A stretch of DNA of 64,000 bases, from positions 49,359 to 113,358 of the forward strand of contig CAWEJK010000013.1 of NCBI GenBank assembly GCA_963809425.1. Direction: 5' to 3'. A program made the position numbers and the translations under genes. The notes beneath the pieces are model-generated. The model was not told where the DNA came from. It worked only from the letters and a program-made list of their open reading frames with translations, and searched no databases. This document shows, piece after piece, positions 28,618 through 40,574 of the stretch (position 1 is the stretch's first letter; each line of letters opens with the position of its first letter). This stretch comes from Thermoanaerobaculia bacterium (GTDB lineage Bacteria; Acidobacteriota; Thermoanaerobaculia; UBA5066).

Positions 28618-29729
28618 ATGACCGAAACGACAAAGGCGAAGCTGGCGGAAGTCGCTGTGCTCGAGGGAAATACGTACGAGGCCAGGGCCTACGCCGCCTC
28701 GAGCGCGAGATCGCCTCTCGCTCCGGCGACGATCCGGCGCCGCACGCCGGGGCCGCAGGACGTGCAGATCGACGTGCTCTTCTGCGGGATCTGCCACTCG
28801 GACCTGCACACGGTCCGGAACGAGTGGCAGAAGGTCCTGCCGACCGTCTATCCCTGCGTCGCGGGCCACGAGATCGTCGGCCGGGTGACGCACGCGGGCA
28901 GCGCCGTTCGCAAGTTCAAGGAAGGCGACCTGGCCGGGGTGGGCTGCCTGGTCGACTCGTGCCGCGCCTGCTCCGCGTGCCGGGACGGGCAGGAGCAGTT
29001 CTGTGAAGGACCGGCGACCTTCACCTACAACTCCCCCGACAAGCATCTCGGCGGCGTCACCTACGGCGGTTACTCCGAGAGCCTCGTCGTGGACGAGGCC
29101 TTCGCCCTGCGGGTGTCGGACCGCCTGGACCCGGCCGGGGCGGCGCCGCTTCTGTGCGCCGGCATCACGACCTATTCGCCGCTCAAGCACTGGAACGTCC
29201 GGAAGGGGCAGAAGGTGGGCGTCGTCGGCCTCGGCGGACTCGGGCACATGGCCGTCAAGCTCGCGAACGCGTTCGGCGCCCAGGTCGTCGTGTTCACGAC
29301 GTCGGCCGGCAAGGCGGACGATGCGGTCCGGCTGGGCGCCCACGACGTGGTGATCTCCAGGAACGCCCCGGAGATGCAGAAGCACCTCGGCAGCTTCGAC
29401 TTCATTCTCGACACCGTCTCGGCCGAGCACGACGTGAACGCCTACCTCGACCTGTTGAAGCGGGACGGCACCCTGACGCTGGTCGGAGCACCCGAGACTC
29501 CCCTGCCGGTCGGGGTCTTCAGCCTCATTTTCGGGCGGAGGCGCCTCGCGGGCTCGCTCATCGGCGGCATCCCGGAGACCCAGGAGATGCTGGACTTCTG
29601 CGCGGAGCACGGGATCACGTCCGACGTCGAGGTCATTCCGATCCAGAAGATCAACGAGGCCTACGACCGCATGGTGAAGAGCGACGTGAAATACCGCTTC
29701 GTCATCGACATGGCCTCGCTGAAGCAGGA

Positions 29730-29736
<7 letters not shown>
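28618..29736 (+). CDS. zinc-dependent NAD(P) alcohol dehydrogenase (YahK/cinnamyl-ADH type)
   Basis: ATG 28618 follows GGGAGG. GICHSDLH, GHEIVG, CRACSACRDGQEQFC and GLGGLGHMAVKLA motifs. The ORF is open from 28564. Confidence 0.9.
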
Positions 29737-32669
<2,933 letters not shown>

Positions 32670-32702
32670 TGCTCGACCGCTTGCGGTCTTGAGCTCGTGC
32701 GG

Positions 32703-33179
32703 TCAGCCCCGCCGCGCTGCCTCGATGGTGGCGACGTCGATCTTCTTCATCGGCATCATCGCCTCGAAGGCACGCTTTGCCTCGGCGCCGCCAGCCGCAA
32801 GCGCGTCGGTCAGAACGCGCGGGGTAATCTGCCACGACAGGCCCCAGCGGTCCTTGCACCAACCGCACTGGCTCTCCTCGCCGCCATTGCGGACGATCGC
32901 ATTCCAGTAACGATCCGTCTCTGCCTGATCGTCCGTCGCGATCTGGAAGGAAAACGCTTCGCTGTGCTCGAACGTCGGGCCGCCGTTGAGACCGAGACAG
33001 GGAATGCCCAGAACGGTGAACTCCACCGTCAGCACGTCGCCCTCCTTGCCTCCCGGGTAGTCACCCGGCGCCTTATGAACGGCAGTCACTTGACTATCCG
33101 GAAACGTGGCGGCATAGAAGCGCGCCGCCTCCTCCGCGTCCTTGTCGAACCAGAGGCAGATCGTGTTCTTTGCCTTCAT
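32703..33179 (-). CDS. PhnB-like VOC protein (3-demethylubiquinone-9 3-methyltransferase-domain family)
   Basis: 158-aa ORF, MKAKNTICLWFDKDAEEAARFYAATFPDS...QCGWCKDRWGLSWQI, diagnostic of this family. Confidence 0.85.
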   Translation of the reverse strand: MKAKNTICLWFDKDAEEAARFYAATFPDSQVTAVHKAPGDYPGGKEGDVLTVEFTVLGIPCLGLNGGPTFEHSEAFSFQIATDDQAETDRYWNAIVRNGGEESQCGWCKDRWGLSWQITPRVLTDALAAGGAEAKRAFEAMMPMKKIDVATIEAARRG

Positions 33180-33253
33180 ATCTGTCGCTCCTTCTGCTCC
33201 GAGACCGTGCCCCGCGTTTCACGGGCTCGAATCCGTTTCGATTGTGAGCTAAA

Positions 33254-33297
33254 TGGTCGGGACTGTGGGATTCGAACCCACGACCCCTTGAACCCCA
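33254..33297 (-). repeat. duplicate of the 3' 44 nt of tRNA-Pro (putative att direct repeat)
   Basis: tggtcgggacTgtgggattcgaacccacgaccccttgaacccca is identical to 36138-36181 except for one base (33264 t vs 36148 g), in the same orientation. No matching 5' acceptor half is present, so it is not a functional tRNA. Confidence 0.85.
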
Positions 33298-36137
33298 CGG
33301 TGAAAACGGCCGTTTAGTGCCCTCGGGAGCCTCGCGGGTAACTGGGTCGAGGGGTCGCCCTGTGGGTTACAAGCCACTCCGCCAGAATGAGTTCCAGTTC
33401 TCGCCTCCCCACTCCAGAGGGGTCTCCCTGGATACCGGCGGACACCGATGGGTCCGCCGATGTGGCCCAAAGTGTGGCCATCGGACGCCCCGTCGGTTCC
33501 CTGCATCTCACGTCCTTGACGGTTCACCGGTCGATCGGCGCCCGCCGTCGCGTCCGGTGCGTCACTTCAAAGAAATGTGTCGGGACTCTCGTCCACTTCC
33601 CGACGTTTTGTCCTAAGACCTCTTCGTGACCGATCTCGAGCTTCGAGCGGCCGTTAGTTCGCTCGGTGTCTTTCGCCCAGGCGAGCTCGAGGCGACGGCG
33701 CGTTACTTCCACCCCGGCGTCCAACTCCCGCCGGGCAGCCCGGGAATGTCGATCTTCCCCGCGCCCCGTCCGTAATCCATGATGGGGGTCAGGTTGGCGC
33801 CGTTCTCCAATGACACCGACCCGGTCACGCCCACGGCCCCCTTCGCGATGCCGGAGTTGCCGCTGGCCGCCACGGTGCTGGTGAGGCTCACATCCTGCAG
33901 TCCGCCCGCATCACTGGCTCGGATGCCGATCATGATTTCGGCGGTGATGCTGGCTCCGGCCGACATCCCCGGCGGCGTCCACCCGTTCTTGCTCTCTCCC
34001 AGACCCTTTCCGCTGCCCAGGTCGATGCCCGCCCCGACGCTGGCGCCGACGCCGATATGGGCGGCGGATTCCTTCTTCACGAAGTTCCGCTCGAACTTGA
34101 ACCGGAGCACTTCGCCGCCGGAGATGGAGAACTTATCGCAGCCCAGCGAGAAACTCAGCGCGCCGGCGCCCAGCTTCAACGGCGGATTCAGCGGGCAATC
34201 CGCCTTGGACTTCTTCAGGTCCGGATCCTTGGCCGTCTTCGGCGGCGCGGGCGGCGGAGGCTCCACGCACTTCATGTCCCTCAGGCTCTTGCCCAGGTTG
34301 GCCAGCGATGAACCCTGTCCGGCGGCCTGCTGATAGAGGCTCAACACCACCAACTCCCGTTGCGCCTCCATCAAGTCATGCAGGGCTGGGACCCAGATCT
34401 GCTCGAAGTAAGGATCGGAGAACGCGTAGAGGTCGCGCGCCGAAACGCGCAGCGAGTCCGAGAATTGCTTCCACACCTTGTACTGCTGTGCGTACAGCAA
34501 CTCCGTCGCGCTCTTGGCCTGCTTGCACGCGAGATAGGCGCGCTCGTTCAACTCCCGCTCCAGGGGATCGATTTCCTTGCGGAGTTGCTGGCCGCAGGCC
34601 TCCACGCAGGGGCCCAGGCAACTGCTTTTGCTGCCACACTTGCCCGGACATCCTTCGACGCAGGCCAGGCTCCGCTCCTGCGCCTTCAGTACCTCGTCCA
34701 TCTGCTTCAGGCTCTTCTCCGCGGCGATGCCTGCCTGCCCGGCCGCCTGTTCCATCGTGGGTTCAATTACCTTGGCGGCGCCTTGCCACTGCTCGGCGGA
34801 CAGCTTGACCGTCTGCGCGACGGTCAGTTCGACAATCTCGCCGAACATGAACACCTGCTTGTCGAAGAGCCGCGGCAGATCGATGGTCCCGTCCGGGTTC
34901 TCCCGTCTGCGCCGCTCGATGGCCATCAGGCGGCCAAACGCCTCCCGTGCCTTCTCGTACGCCGCCGGAACGTGCTCATTGGTAAACTGCAGCGCGTGCT
35001 CGAATGCCTCCTCCGACGCCGCGGTGACCGACGGCGTCTCCGACACCGGCAGCTCAGGAACCGGGCCTGAGTCCGGATCCTTGTCGGGAGCCCCCGCGTC
35101 GTACTTGTCTTCGTGCTGGGTCTGCTCCTTCGCCTTGCGGTAGCCCGCCGCCACCAGGCCCGAGTAGCTCTTGCTCAGCGACCGTCGAAACTGGATCAGC
35201 GCCGTGGCCTGATCGCCCCGGCAACTCGCCAGCAGCCCCAGCCCCGCATAGGAGCCGGCCAGATCAGGCGCGAGCTGCGAGGCCTCCTGAAAGTGTTTCT
35301 GCGCCAGTGGCGCGTTGCCCGCGTTGTAGTAGGCCCAGGCGAGGTTCAACGCGGCCAGCCCCGACGTAGGGTTCATGTAGCGCGCGTACAGCAGCACCTT
35401 CGTGGCGGCCGCCGAGTCCGGAATGGTGTCCAGCGCGACGCCGAGGTTGCCCGCGGCCTGCACGTCAGCCGGGTTCTTCTGGACAGCCAGCGCGCTGGTG
35501 TAGACCGACGCCGATGCGGCGCCGCTCACAAAGAGAGCCCCGGCGATGCCCGACGTGTTGCTCTCCTTGCCAACAGCCGCGTCCACGACGTTCTTGCCGG
35601 GACCGAGTCGCGTGCCATAGGTGCTCACCAAGGACTTGATCAGCGCGGCGAACTCCTGCGGGGTCGGTGCGGCGGTCGCCACTGCTGCCGGCTTGGCGGT
35701 AGGGCAGGGGAGGGACGTCGTCCCTGCCCCGGCGGTGGAGCCGAAGCTCTGGGCGGAGGCGGACAGGCCAGAAAGAAGCGCAAAGGCCACAACGAAGTGG
35801 GTGGCAGGCATGCCTGCATCTTGTGACCAGGATGGCCGAATGACAACCTCCGACGGCTCTGATGGCTGGCCGTATGGCGATACTCAGACGGTCGTGATGA
35901 AGAATAGAGAACTGCGATCCACGAGGAAGAGCGTAGAGTTCTACTCAGGCGACCTCAAGAGATTGTGATCTCGTCCGATGCGATGGCGACGCTCGCTTCG
36001 CTCGGGCCGCGCCGGTAAACCGGCTGACATTAGTCGGGGGTCCGCTCGCGACGCTCGCTGCCCCCGTGCCCCCGGTCGCGCGTTCGAATCGACTCTGCGA
36101 GCAAATCGCGCGCCGGAGCGCTCGAGAATGACTCATA
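33298..36137. mobile_element. putative integrase-less genomic islet bounded by tRNA-Pro 3'-end direct repeats
   Basis: Bracketed by the 44-nt repeats. Contains one large ORF with visibly AT-richer codon usage, plus about 400-bp and 325-bp noncoding flanks. No recombinase is detectable in any frame. Confidence 0.45.
33703..35811 (-). CDS. 702-aa secreted orphan protein (TPR-like N-terminus, Cys-cluster middle, Gly-rich beta-like C-terminus)
   Basis: Long unbroken ORF. Signal peptide MPATHFVVAFALLSGLSASAQS. TPR-like LNLAWAYYNAGNAPLAQKHFQEASQLAP. Cys cluster CVEGCPGKCGSKSSCLGPCVEACG. C-terminus GVGASVGAGIDLGSGKGLG...GVTGSVSLENG. No family recognised. Confidence 0.75.
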   Translation of the reverse strand: MPATHFVVAFALLSGLSASAQSFGSTAGAGTTSLPCPTAKPAAVATAAPTPQEFAALIKSLVSTYGTRLGPGKNVVDAAVGKESNTSGIAGALFVSGAASASVYTSALAVQKNPADVQAAGNLGVALDTIPDSAAATKVLLYARYMNPTSGLAALNLAWAYYNAGNAPLAQKHFQEASQLAPDLAGSYAGLGLLASCRGDQATALIQFRRSLSKSYSGLVAAGYRKAKEQTQHEDKYDAGAPDKDPDSGPVPELPVSETPSVTAASEEAFEHALQFTNEHVPAAYEKAREAFGRLMAIERRRRENPDGTIDLPRLFDKQVFMFGEIVELTVAQTVKLSAEQWQGAAKVIEPTMEQAAGQAGIAAEKSLKQMDEVLKAQERSLACVEGCPGKCGSKSSCLGPCVEACGQQLRKEIDPLERELNERAYLACKQAKSATELLYAQQYKVWKQFSDSLRVSARDLYAFSDPYFEQIWVPALHDLMEAQRELVVLSLYQQAAGQGSSLANLGKSLRDMKCVEPPPPAPPKTAKDPDLKKSKADCPLNPPLKLGAGALSFSLGCDKFSISGGEVLRFKFERNFVKKESAAHIGVGASVGAGIDLGSGKGLGESKNGWTPPGMSAGASITAEIMIGIRASDAGGLQDVSLTSTVAASGNSGIAKGAVGVTGSVSLENGANLTPIMDYGRGAGKIDIPGLPGGSWTPGWK

Positions 36138-36214
36138 TGGTCGGGACGGTGGGATTCGAACCCACGACCCCTTGAACCCCATTCAAGTACGCTACCAGGC
36201 TGCGCCACGTCCCG
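36138..36214 (-). tRNA. tRNA-Pro (anticodon GGG)
   Basis: Manual cloverleaf: acceptor CGGGACG/CGTCCCG, D arm GCGC-AGCCTGGTA-GCGT, anticodon arm CTTGA-ATGGGGT-TCAAG, T arm GTGGG-TTCGAAT-CCCAC, discriminator A, encoded CCA. Confidence 0.9.
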
Positions 36215-36314
36215 ACCGAGGACAGGATCGAAGAGCAGAAGCCCTTCGGGGGTAGCGGTTTATACCATGCCGCGCGCGCCGTCACACGCGCGGGATTCAC
36301 TTGCCGGTGCGGCT

Positions 36315-37040
36315 TTAGTGCCCGGTGTGGCCCGCATGCGGGTCTGCCGCGGCGGGCGCCTCGTGCCCCGCGTGGCCGGAATGGAAAAGGCGGATGCCGA
36401 AGCCGCGGGCGAGCGTGATCAGGGCCACCGCGACGAGGAGCGCGCCCGCGACGCGCGCGACGTTTCGCCGCCAGACCGCCGAGAGCATCGTTCCGAACAT
36501 GGCCGACACGAGGAGCGCCGGGACGGTGCCGAGCGCGACGCCCGCCATCGTGAGCGCGCCCGCGAGCGGCCGGCCGGTCGCGGCCGCGGCGCCGAGTCCG
36601 GCGTAAACGAGCGGGCACGGGAAGAAGCCCATCGCCATCCCGACGACGAGCGGGAAGCCCGCGGGTCGCGTTTCGAGGAGCGGGCGCATCACGGAGGACC
36701 AGACGGGCGCGAGGGCACGCGCCAGCGCGTCGTCGCCGCGCCCGAGCAGGCCGAGGAGGACGAGCCCGGCCGCGAGAAGCGCGAGGCCCGCGACGACTGA
36801 GACCACTCGCCCGCCGAGATCGAGCGCCGCGCTCTTCACGATCGCGCCGCCGAGGGCGCCCGCGAGGGCCCCGAGGAACATGTACGAGGTTGCCTTCCCG
36901 GCCTGCAGGAGGAGCTGGCTGACGACGAGCGCGCCGCTTCGCGCGCCGGCCGAGGTGGCTGCCGCGAATCCCCCGCACATCCCGACGCAGTGGGCGGACG
37001 CCGCGAACGTGAGGGCGGCGGCGACGAGGAGATCGTTCAC
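36315..37040 (-). CDS. TauE/SafE- or DsbD_2-like membrane protein (cbb3 cluster accessory)
   Basis: 241-aa polytopic ORF with HCVGMCGG and FFPCPLVY motifs and a His-rich tail (HSGHAGHEAPAAADPHAGHTGH). Overlaps the ccoI stop by 4 nt. Confidence 0.7.
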   Translation of the reverse strand: MNDLLVAAALTFAASAHCVGMCGGFAAATSAGARSGALVVSQLLLQAGKATSYMFLGALAGALGGAIVKSAALDLGGRVVSVVAGLALLAAGLVLLGLLGRGDDALARALAPVWSSVMRPLLETRPAGFPLVVGMAMGFFPCPLVYAGLGAAAATGRPLAGALTMAGVALGTVPALLVSAMFGTMLSAVWRRNVARVAGALLVAVALITLARGFGIRLFHSGHAGHEAPAAADPHAGHTGH

Positions 37041-39142
37041 GCGGCGGCTCCGGGCAGCGGGTACCGGGTCAGACGCTGCGAGTGGACGACGACGAGGAGG
37101 CTCGACGCAATCATCGCGACCGCCCCGAAGAGCGGATGCAGGAGGCCGCAGACGGCGAGCGTGATCCCGATGCCGTTGTAGAAGAAGGCCCAGAAAAGGT
37201 TGAGGTGCGCGGTCCGGACGGTCCGGTGCGCGAGGTCGATCGTCCAGGGCAGCTTCCTGAGGTCGCCGCCGAGGATCGTGACGTCCGCGACCTCGCGCGC
37301 GAGGTCCGTGCCGGACTCCAGTGTGACGCCCGCCGACGCGACGCCGAGCGCGGGCGCGTCGTTGATCCCGTCGCCGACCATGGCGGGCGACTCCCCCGCC
37401 TGCACCGACGAACGGATCAACTCCAGCTTCCCTTCCGGCGAGAGACCGCCGGTCGCCTTCAGGCCCGGGAAGTCCGCGGCGAAGGACGAGACGCGGGAGG
37501 GAAGATCGCCGGAGAGAACTTCGAGAGAAAGACCGCGGGCCTGGAGCGCGCCCACGGCCTCGGCAGATTCGGGCCGGATCGCGTCGGAGAAGAAGAAGAT
37601 TCCTGCGAAGGTGCCCGCAGCAGAGACGAAGGCCGCGGTCGCGCCTGTGGCCACCCCGGCGGCCGCCACGTGGCCGGGAGCTCCGGCGAAATCCGCCGTT
37701 CCGATCCGAACGACCTCGCCGCCCACGCGCCCTTCCACGCCGAGCCCGGGCCGCGCCCTGAACTCTTCCACCTTCAAAGAAATCTTCTCTTCTCCCCTCT
37801 TCTCCCCTGCCGCCGCGCAGATCGCGCGGCCCACGGGGTGCTCGCTGCCTTCCTCGAGCGCTGCCGCGAGGGCGAGTAGCCGGTCACGGTCGAACGGCGG
37901 AGCAGGGCGCAGGTCCGCGAGCGAGAGAACGCCCGTCGTGAGAGTGCCCGTCTTGTCGAGAAATACGCGCTTCGCCCGCGCGAGAGCCTCGAACACGGCG
38001 CCCGACCGCACGAGGACGCCGGCGGCCGCCGCGCGGCCGACCGCCGCCGTCGAGGCGAGCGGCGTCGCGATGCCGATCGCGCACGGACACGCAATCAGGA
38101 GGACCGAGAGCGCGTTCATGAGGCCTTCGCCCGGGCCCGCGTGGCGCGTCCAGTACGCGAGCGTGAGGAGCGCGACGGCGAGGACGAAGGGCACGAAGGC
38201 GGCGGAGAGACGGTCCACGACGGGCGCGAGCGTGTACCGGCCGGCGCGCGACTCCTCGACGAGCTTCACGAGGCGCGCGACCGTCGTCTCGGGGCCGGTC
38301 CGGCGGGCCTCCACGAGAAGGCTTCCGTCCTGGTTCAACGTGCCCGCGGCCACGTGATCGCCTGGTCCGCGCGCCGCGGGAACGCTCTCGCCCGTTATCT
38401 CGGCTTCGGAGACGCTCGCCGTCCCGTCCACGATCGTGCCGTCCACGGCGATGCGCTCGCCGGGCCGCACGCGGATCACGTCGCCCGGGTGCAATGCATC
38501 CACGCTCACGCGTTCCTCGACGCCGTCGACGACGCGGGACGCCTCCGCGGGAAGCTGACGCACGAGCGCGGAGAGCGCGTCGGTCGTGCGCGCGCGGGAC
38601 GACGCCTCGAGGTAGCGCCCGATCGTCACGAAGAGGAGGATCCCCATCGCCGTGTCGAGGTAGATCGGGCCGCCGCCCGAGAGGACCGACCGGACCGAGA
38701 GCGCGAATGCCGCGACGATGCCGATCACGATGAGCGCGTCCGTGTCGAGCCTCCGGTCCTTCAGGCGCCTGAGGCCCCGGTTCAGGAACGGAAGGCCGAG
38801 GAGAAAGAGCGCCGGGGTCGCGAGCGCGAGGAGCGCCCAGCGCACCCACGCCTCGCCCGCCACCCGGTCCGCCTCGGCGCCGCGCGTGTACAGGACGAAG
38901 CTGCACATCATGACGTTCATCGCGAGGAACGCTCCGACGCCGACCGCCATGAGCAGGCCCGACGCCTGGCCGTGGCCCGAGGCGCCGCCCGTGAGCCGAT
39001 GCGCGAGCGCGCACCCGCCGCAGCAGTAGCAGGGTCCGGACGGGAGCCTCGAGACACCCACGACGCGCAGGCCGCAGTGCGCGCAGAGGGGTAGCGGGGG
39101 CAGAGTCTGGCTGGACGCCGCGGCGGCCCCGATGGCGCTCAA
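37037..39142 (-). CDS. ccoI: heavy-metal (Cu) P1B-type ATPase, CcoI/FixI-like
   Basis: CPC (LIACPCAIGIATP), DKTGTLT, GDGINDAPAL and N-terminal Cys motifs (CAHCG, CCGGC). I favour TTG 39142, which overlaps the stop of the upstream small ORF (TTGA). The ORF remains open up to 39265. Confidence 0.88.
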   Translation of the reverse strand: MSAIGAAAASSQTLPPLPLCAHCGLRVVGVSRLPSGPCYCCGGCALAHRLTGGASGHGQASGLLMAVGVGAFLAMNVMMCSFVLYTRGAEADRVAGEAWVRWALLALATPALFLLGLPFLNRGLRRLKDRRLDTDALIVIGIVAAFALSVRSVLSGGGPIYLDTAMGILLFVTIGRYLEASSRARTTDALSALVRQLPAEASRVVDGVEERVSVDALHPGDVIRVRPGERIAVDGTIVDGTASVSEAEITGESVPAARGPGDHVAAGTLNQDGSLLVEARRTGPETTVARLVKLVEESRAGRYTLAPVVDRLSAAFVPFVLAVALLTLAYWTRHAGPGEGLMNALSVLLIACPCAIGIATPLASTAAVGRAAAAGVLVRSGAVFEALARAKRVFLDKTGTLTTGVLSLADLRPAPPFDRDRLLALAAALEEGSEHPVGRAICAAAGEKRGEEKISLKVEEFRARPGLGVEGRVGGEVVRIGTADFAGAPGHVAAAGVATGATAAFVSAAGTFAGIFFFSDAIRPESAEAVGALQARGLSLEVLSGDLPSRVSSFAADFPGLKATGGLSPEGKLELIRSSVQAGESPAMVGDGINDAPALGVASAGVTLESGTDLAREVADVTILGGDLRKLPWTIDLAHRTVRTAHLNLFWAFFYNGIGITLAVCGLLHPLFGAVAMIASSLLVVVHSQRLTRYPLPGAAA
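37771..37793. repeat. AT-rich intragenic motif copy (ccttcaaagaaatcttctcttct) in ccoI
   Basis: 23-nt exact match to 61355-61377 in an unrelated gene. Encodes EEKISLK. Confidence 0.8.
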
Positions 39143-39324
39143 CGGCCGGGCGCCCGGGTCGCGACGGGCTTGCCCGTCTCGAGGTCGAGCAGGACCGGGT
39201 GCGCCTTCTCCGCGCCGCGCCAGACCCAGACGAGACCGATCAACGCCGCGAGCGACACGATCCACAGGAGCGCGGAGAGGACGCGTCCCTCGGCCGGGAA
39301 GAACGAAGCTTTCGGCGTCTTCAT
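39139..39324 (-). CDS. 61-aa single-TM protein between ccoG and ccoI
   Basis: GGAGG lies just upstream of ATG 39324. The ATG shares one base with the ccoG stop. Hydrophobic helix VLSALLWIVSLAALIGLVWVW. It appears in the ORF track only as the tail of a spurious 1100-aa ORF. Confidence 0.5.
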   Translation of the reverse strand: MKTPKASFFPAEGRVLSALLWIVSLAALIGLVWVWRGAEKAHPVLLDLETGKPVATRAPGR

Positions 39325-40568
39325 CAGCTCTTCCTCCCCGGGACGAACAGCGCGGCCGGGAACGACTCCGTGCGGTCCTTCGCCTTCACGACGAGCGTGA
39401 ACGGCACGACGCTGGATGCCATCTCGGCCCGCGGGATGCGAACCGTGATCGTGAACCTCTTCTCCGTCCCCGCCGGTACGCTCGAATCCCCGAGGCCGTC
39501 CAGCGCGACGCCCTTCGGCAGGCCCTGGGGCGTCACGGCGAGGACGACCGCGTCTCTGCCCTTGTTCGTCGCCCGCAGGAGGAAGCGCGATTCGGCGAAC
39601 TCCGACGTGGCGGCGGCCGCCTCGGTGTAGACGGGCGAGAGCCGGAACGAGACGTCCTGTCGCATCGCGATCGCCGAGACGAGCGCGACGCCGAACCCGA
39701 CCGTGGAGACGGCGACGAGGACGCGCTTGGCGTCCCAATGCCTCAGGCCCGCGCCGCCGAAGTCGAACGCGAGGAGGCCGGGGCGTTTCTTCTTGCCGAG
39801 TATCAGGTTGCAGGCGTCGATGCAGTTCCCGCAGCGCGTGCACTCGATCTGGTAGGGGCCCTCGCGGATGTCGATCTCCATCGGGCAGACCTTTTCGCAG
39901 AGGTTGCACTGGATGCACGGGCCCGCCGCCTCGTCGAATTTCACGTGGAGGCTGCGGCCGTCCTCGAGGATCCCCTGCAGGAGTCCGTACGGGCACACGG
40001 AGCGGCAGAAGCCTTCGCGCAGGAACGCGAAATCGAGGAAGAAGAGGACCGCCGTGATCGCGCCGAGGAGCCCGACCCAGGGAAACACGTCCAAGCGCAC
40101 GAGACGAGCCACGACATCGGGGAGAGGCGCGAAATACGCCATGAGAAGGAGAGAAAAGAGCACCGAGACGGGTAGCAATAGAAGCAGGGCCAAGGCGCGT
40201 GCCGCCGCCCCTCTTCCATTCGCAGAAATCTTCCGTACGACCTTCCGTGCGAGATGGTCGATGTCGTGCGCGTATTCGGAAAAAATCATCTGCGGGCACG
40301 CGTAGGCGCAGTAGACCCGGCCGAGGATGAGCGACGCCGCCCCGACGAGCCACATCGCGAACATGAGCGCGAGCCAGATGAGCGTCCACTCGTCCAGCCA
40401 GATCTCCTTCCGGAAGAAATAGAAGCGGCTGATCGTGAAATCGAAGCGGAAGAGGTCGAAGAGAGGCAGGAGCGCGAATACCGCGAAGAACCCGAGCTGG
40501 ACGAGTCTCCGCTGCCGTGTGAACCGGCCCGTCCAGCCCGGAAGCGACAAACCCCGACCTTTTTCCAT
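39324..40568 (-). CDS. ccoG: cbb3 oxidase accessory protein CcoG/FixG (membrane 4Fe-4S ferredoxin with FixH-like C-terminus)
   Basis: 414-aa ORF with CAYACPQ, CRSVCPYG, CIQCNLCEKVCP and CTRCGNCIDAC motifs plus TM helices. Confidence 0.88.
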   Translation of the reverse strand: MEKGRGLSLPGWTGRFTRQRRLVQLGFFAVFALLPLFDLFRFDFTISRFYFFRKEIWLDEWTLIWLALMFAMWLVGAASLILGRVYCAYACPQMIFSEYAHDIDHLARKVVRKISANGRGAAARALALLLLLPVSVLFSLLLMAYFAPLPDVVARLVRLDVFPWVGLLGAITAVLFFLDFAFLREGFCRSVCPYGLLQGILEDGRSLHVKFDEAAGPCIQCNLCEKVCPMEIDIREGPYQIECTRCGNCIDACNLILGKKKRPGLLAFDFGGAGLRHWDAKRVLVAVSTVGFGVALVSAIAMRQDVSFRLSPVYTEAAAATSEFAESRFLLRATNKGRDAVVLAVTPQGLPKGVALDGLGDSSVPAGTEKRFTITVRIPRAEMASSVVPFTLVVKAKDRTESFPAALFVPGRKS

Positions 40569-40574
40569 CGGGCC

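Noticed and set aside
33298-33702. Small ORFs in the islet flanks (33317-33616, 33387-33629, 33524-33724) as integrase remnants or small genes.
   Set aside because: Their translations lack recombinase motifs (no R..HxxR..Y pattern), have no SD sequence and overlap each other in different frames.
37586-37612. ggagaagaagaagattcctgcgaagg as an inverted-repeat partner that would make the ccoI motif copy a second TIR-bounded element.
   Set aside because: It encodes the conserved IFFFSD segment of the P-type ATPase (TTC repeats). The resemblance is explained by codons, so no insertion is needed.
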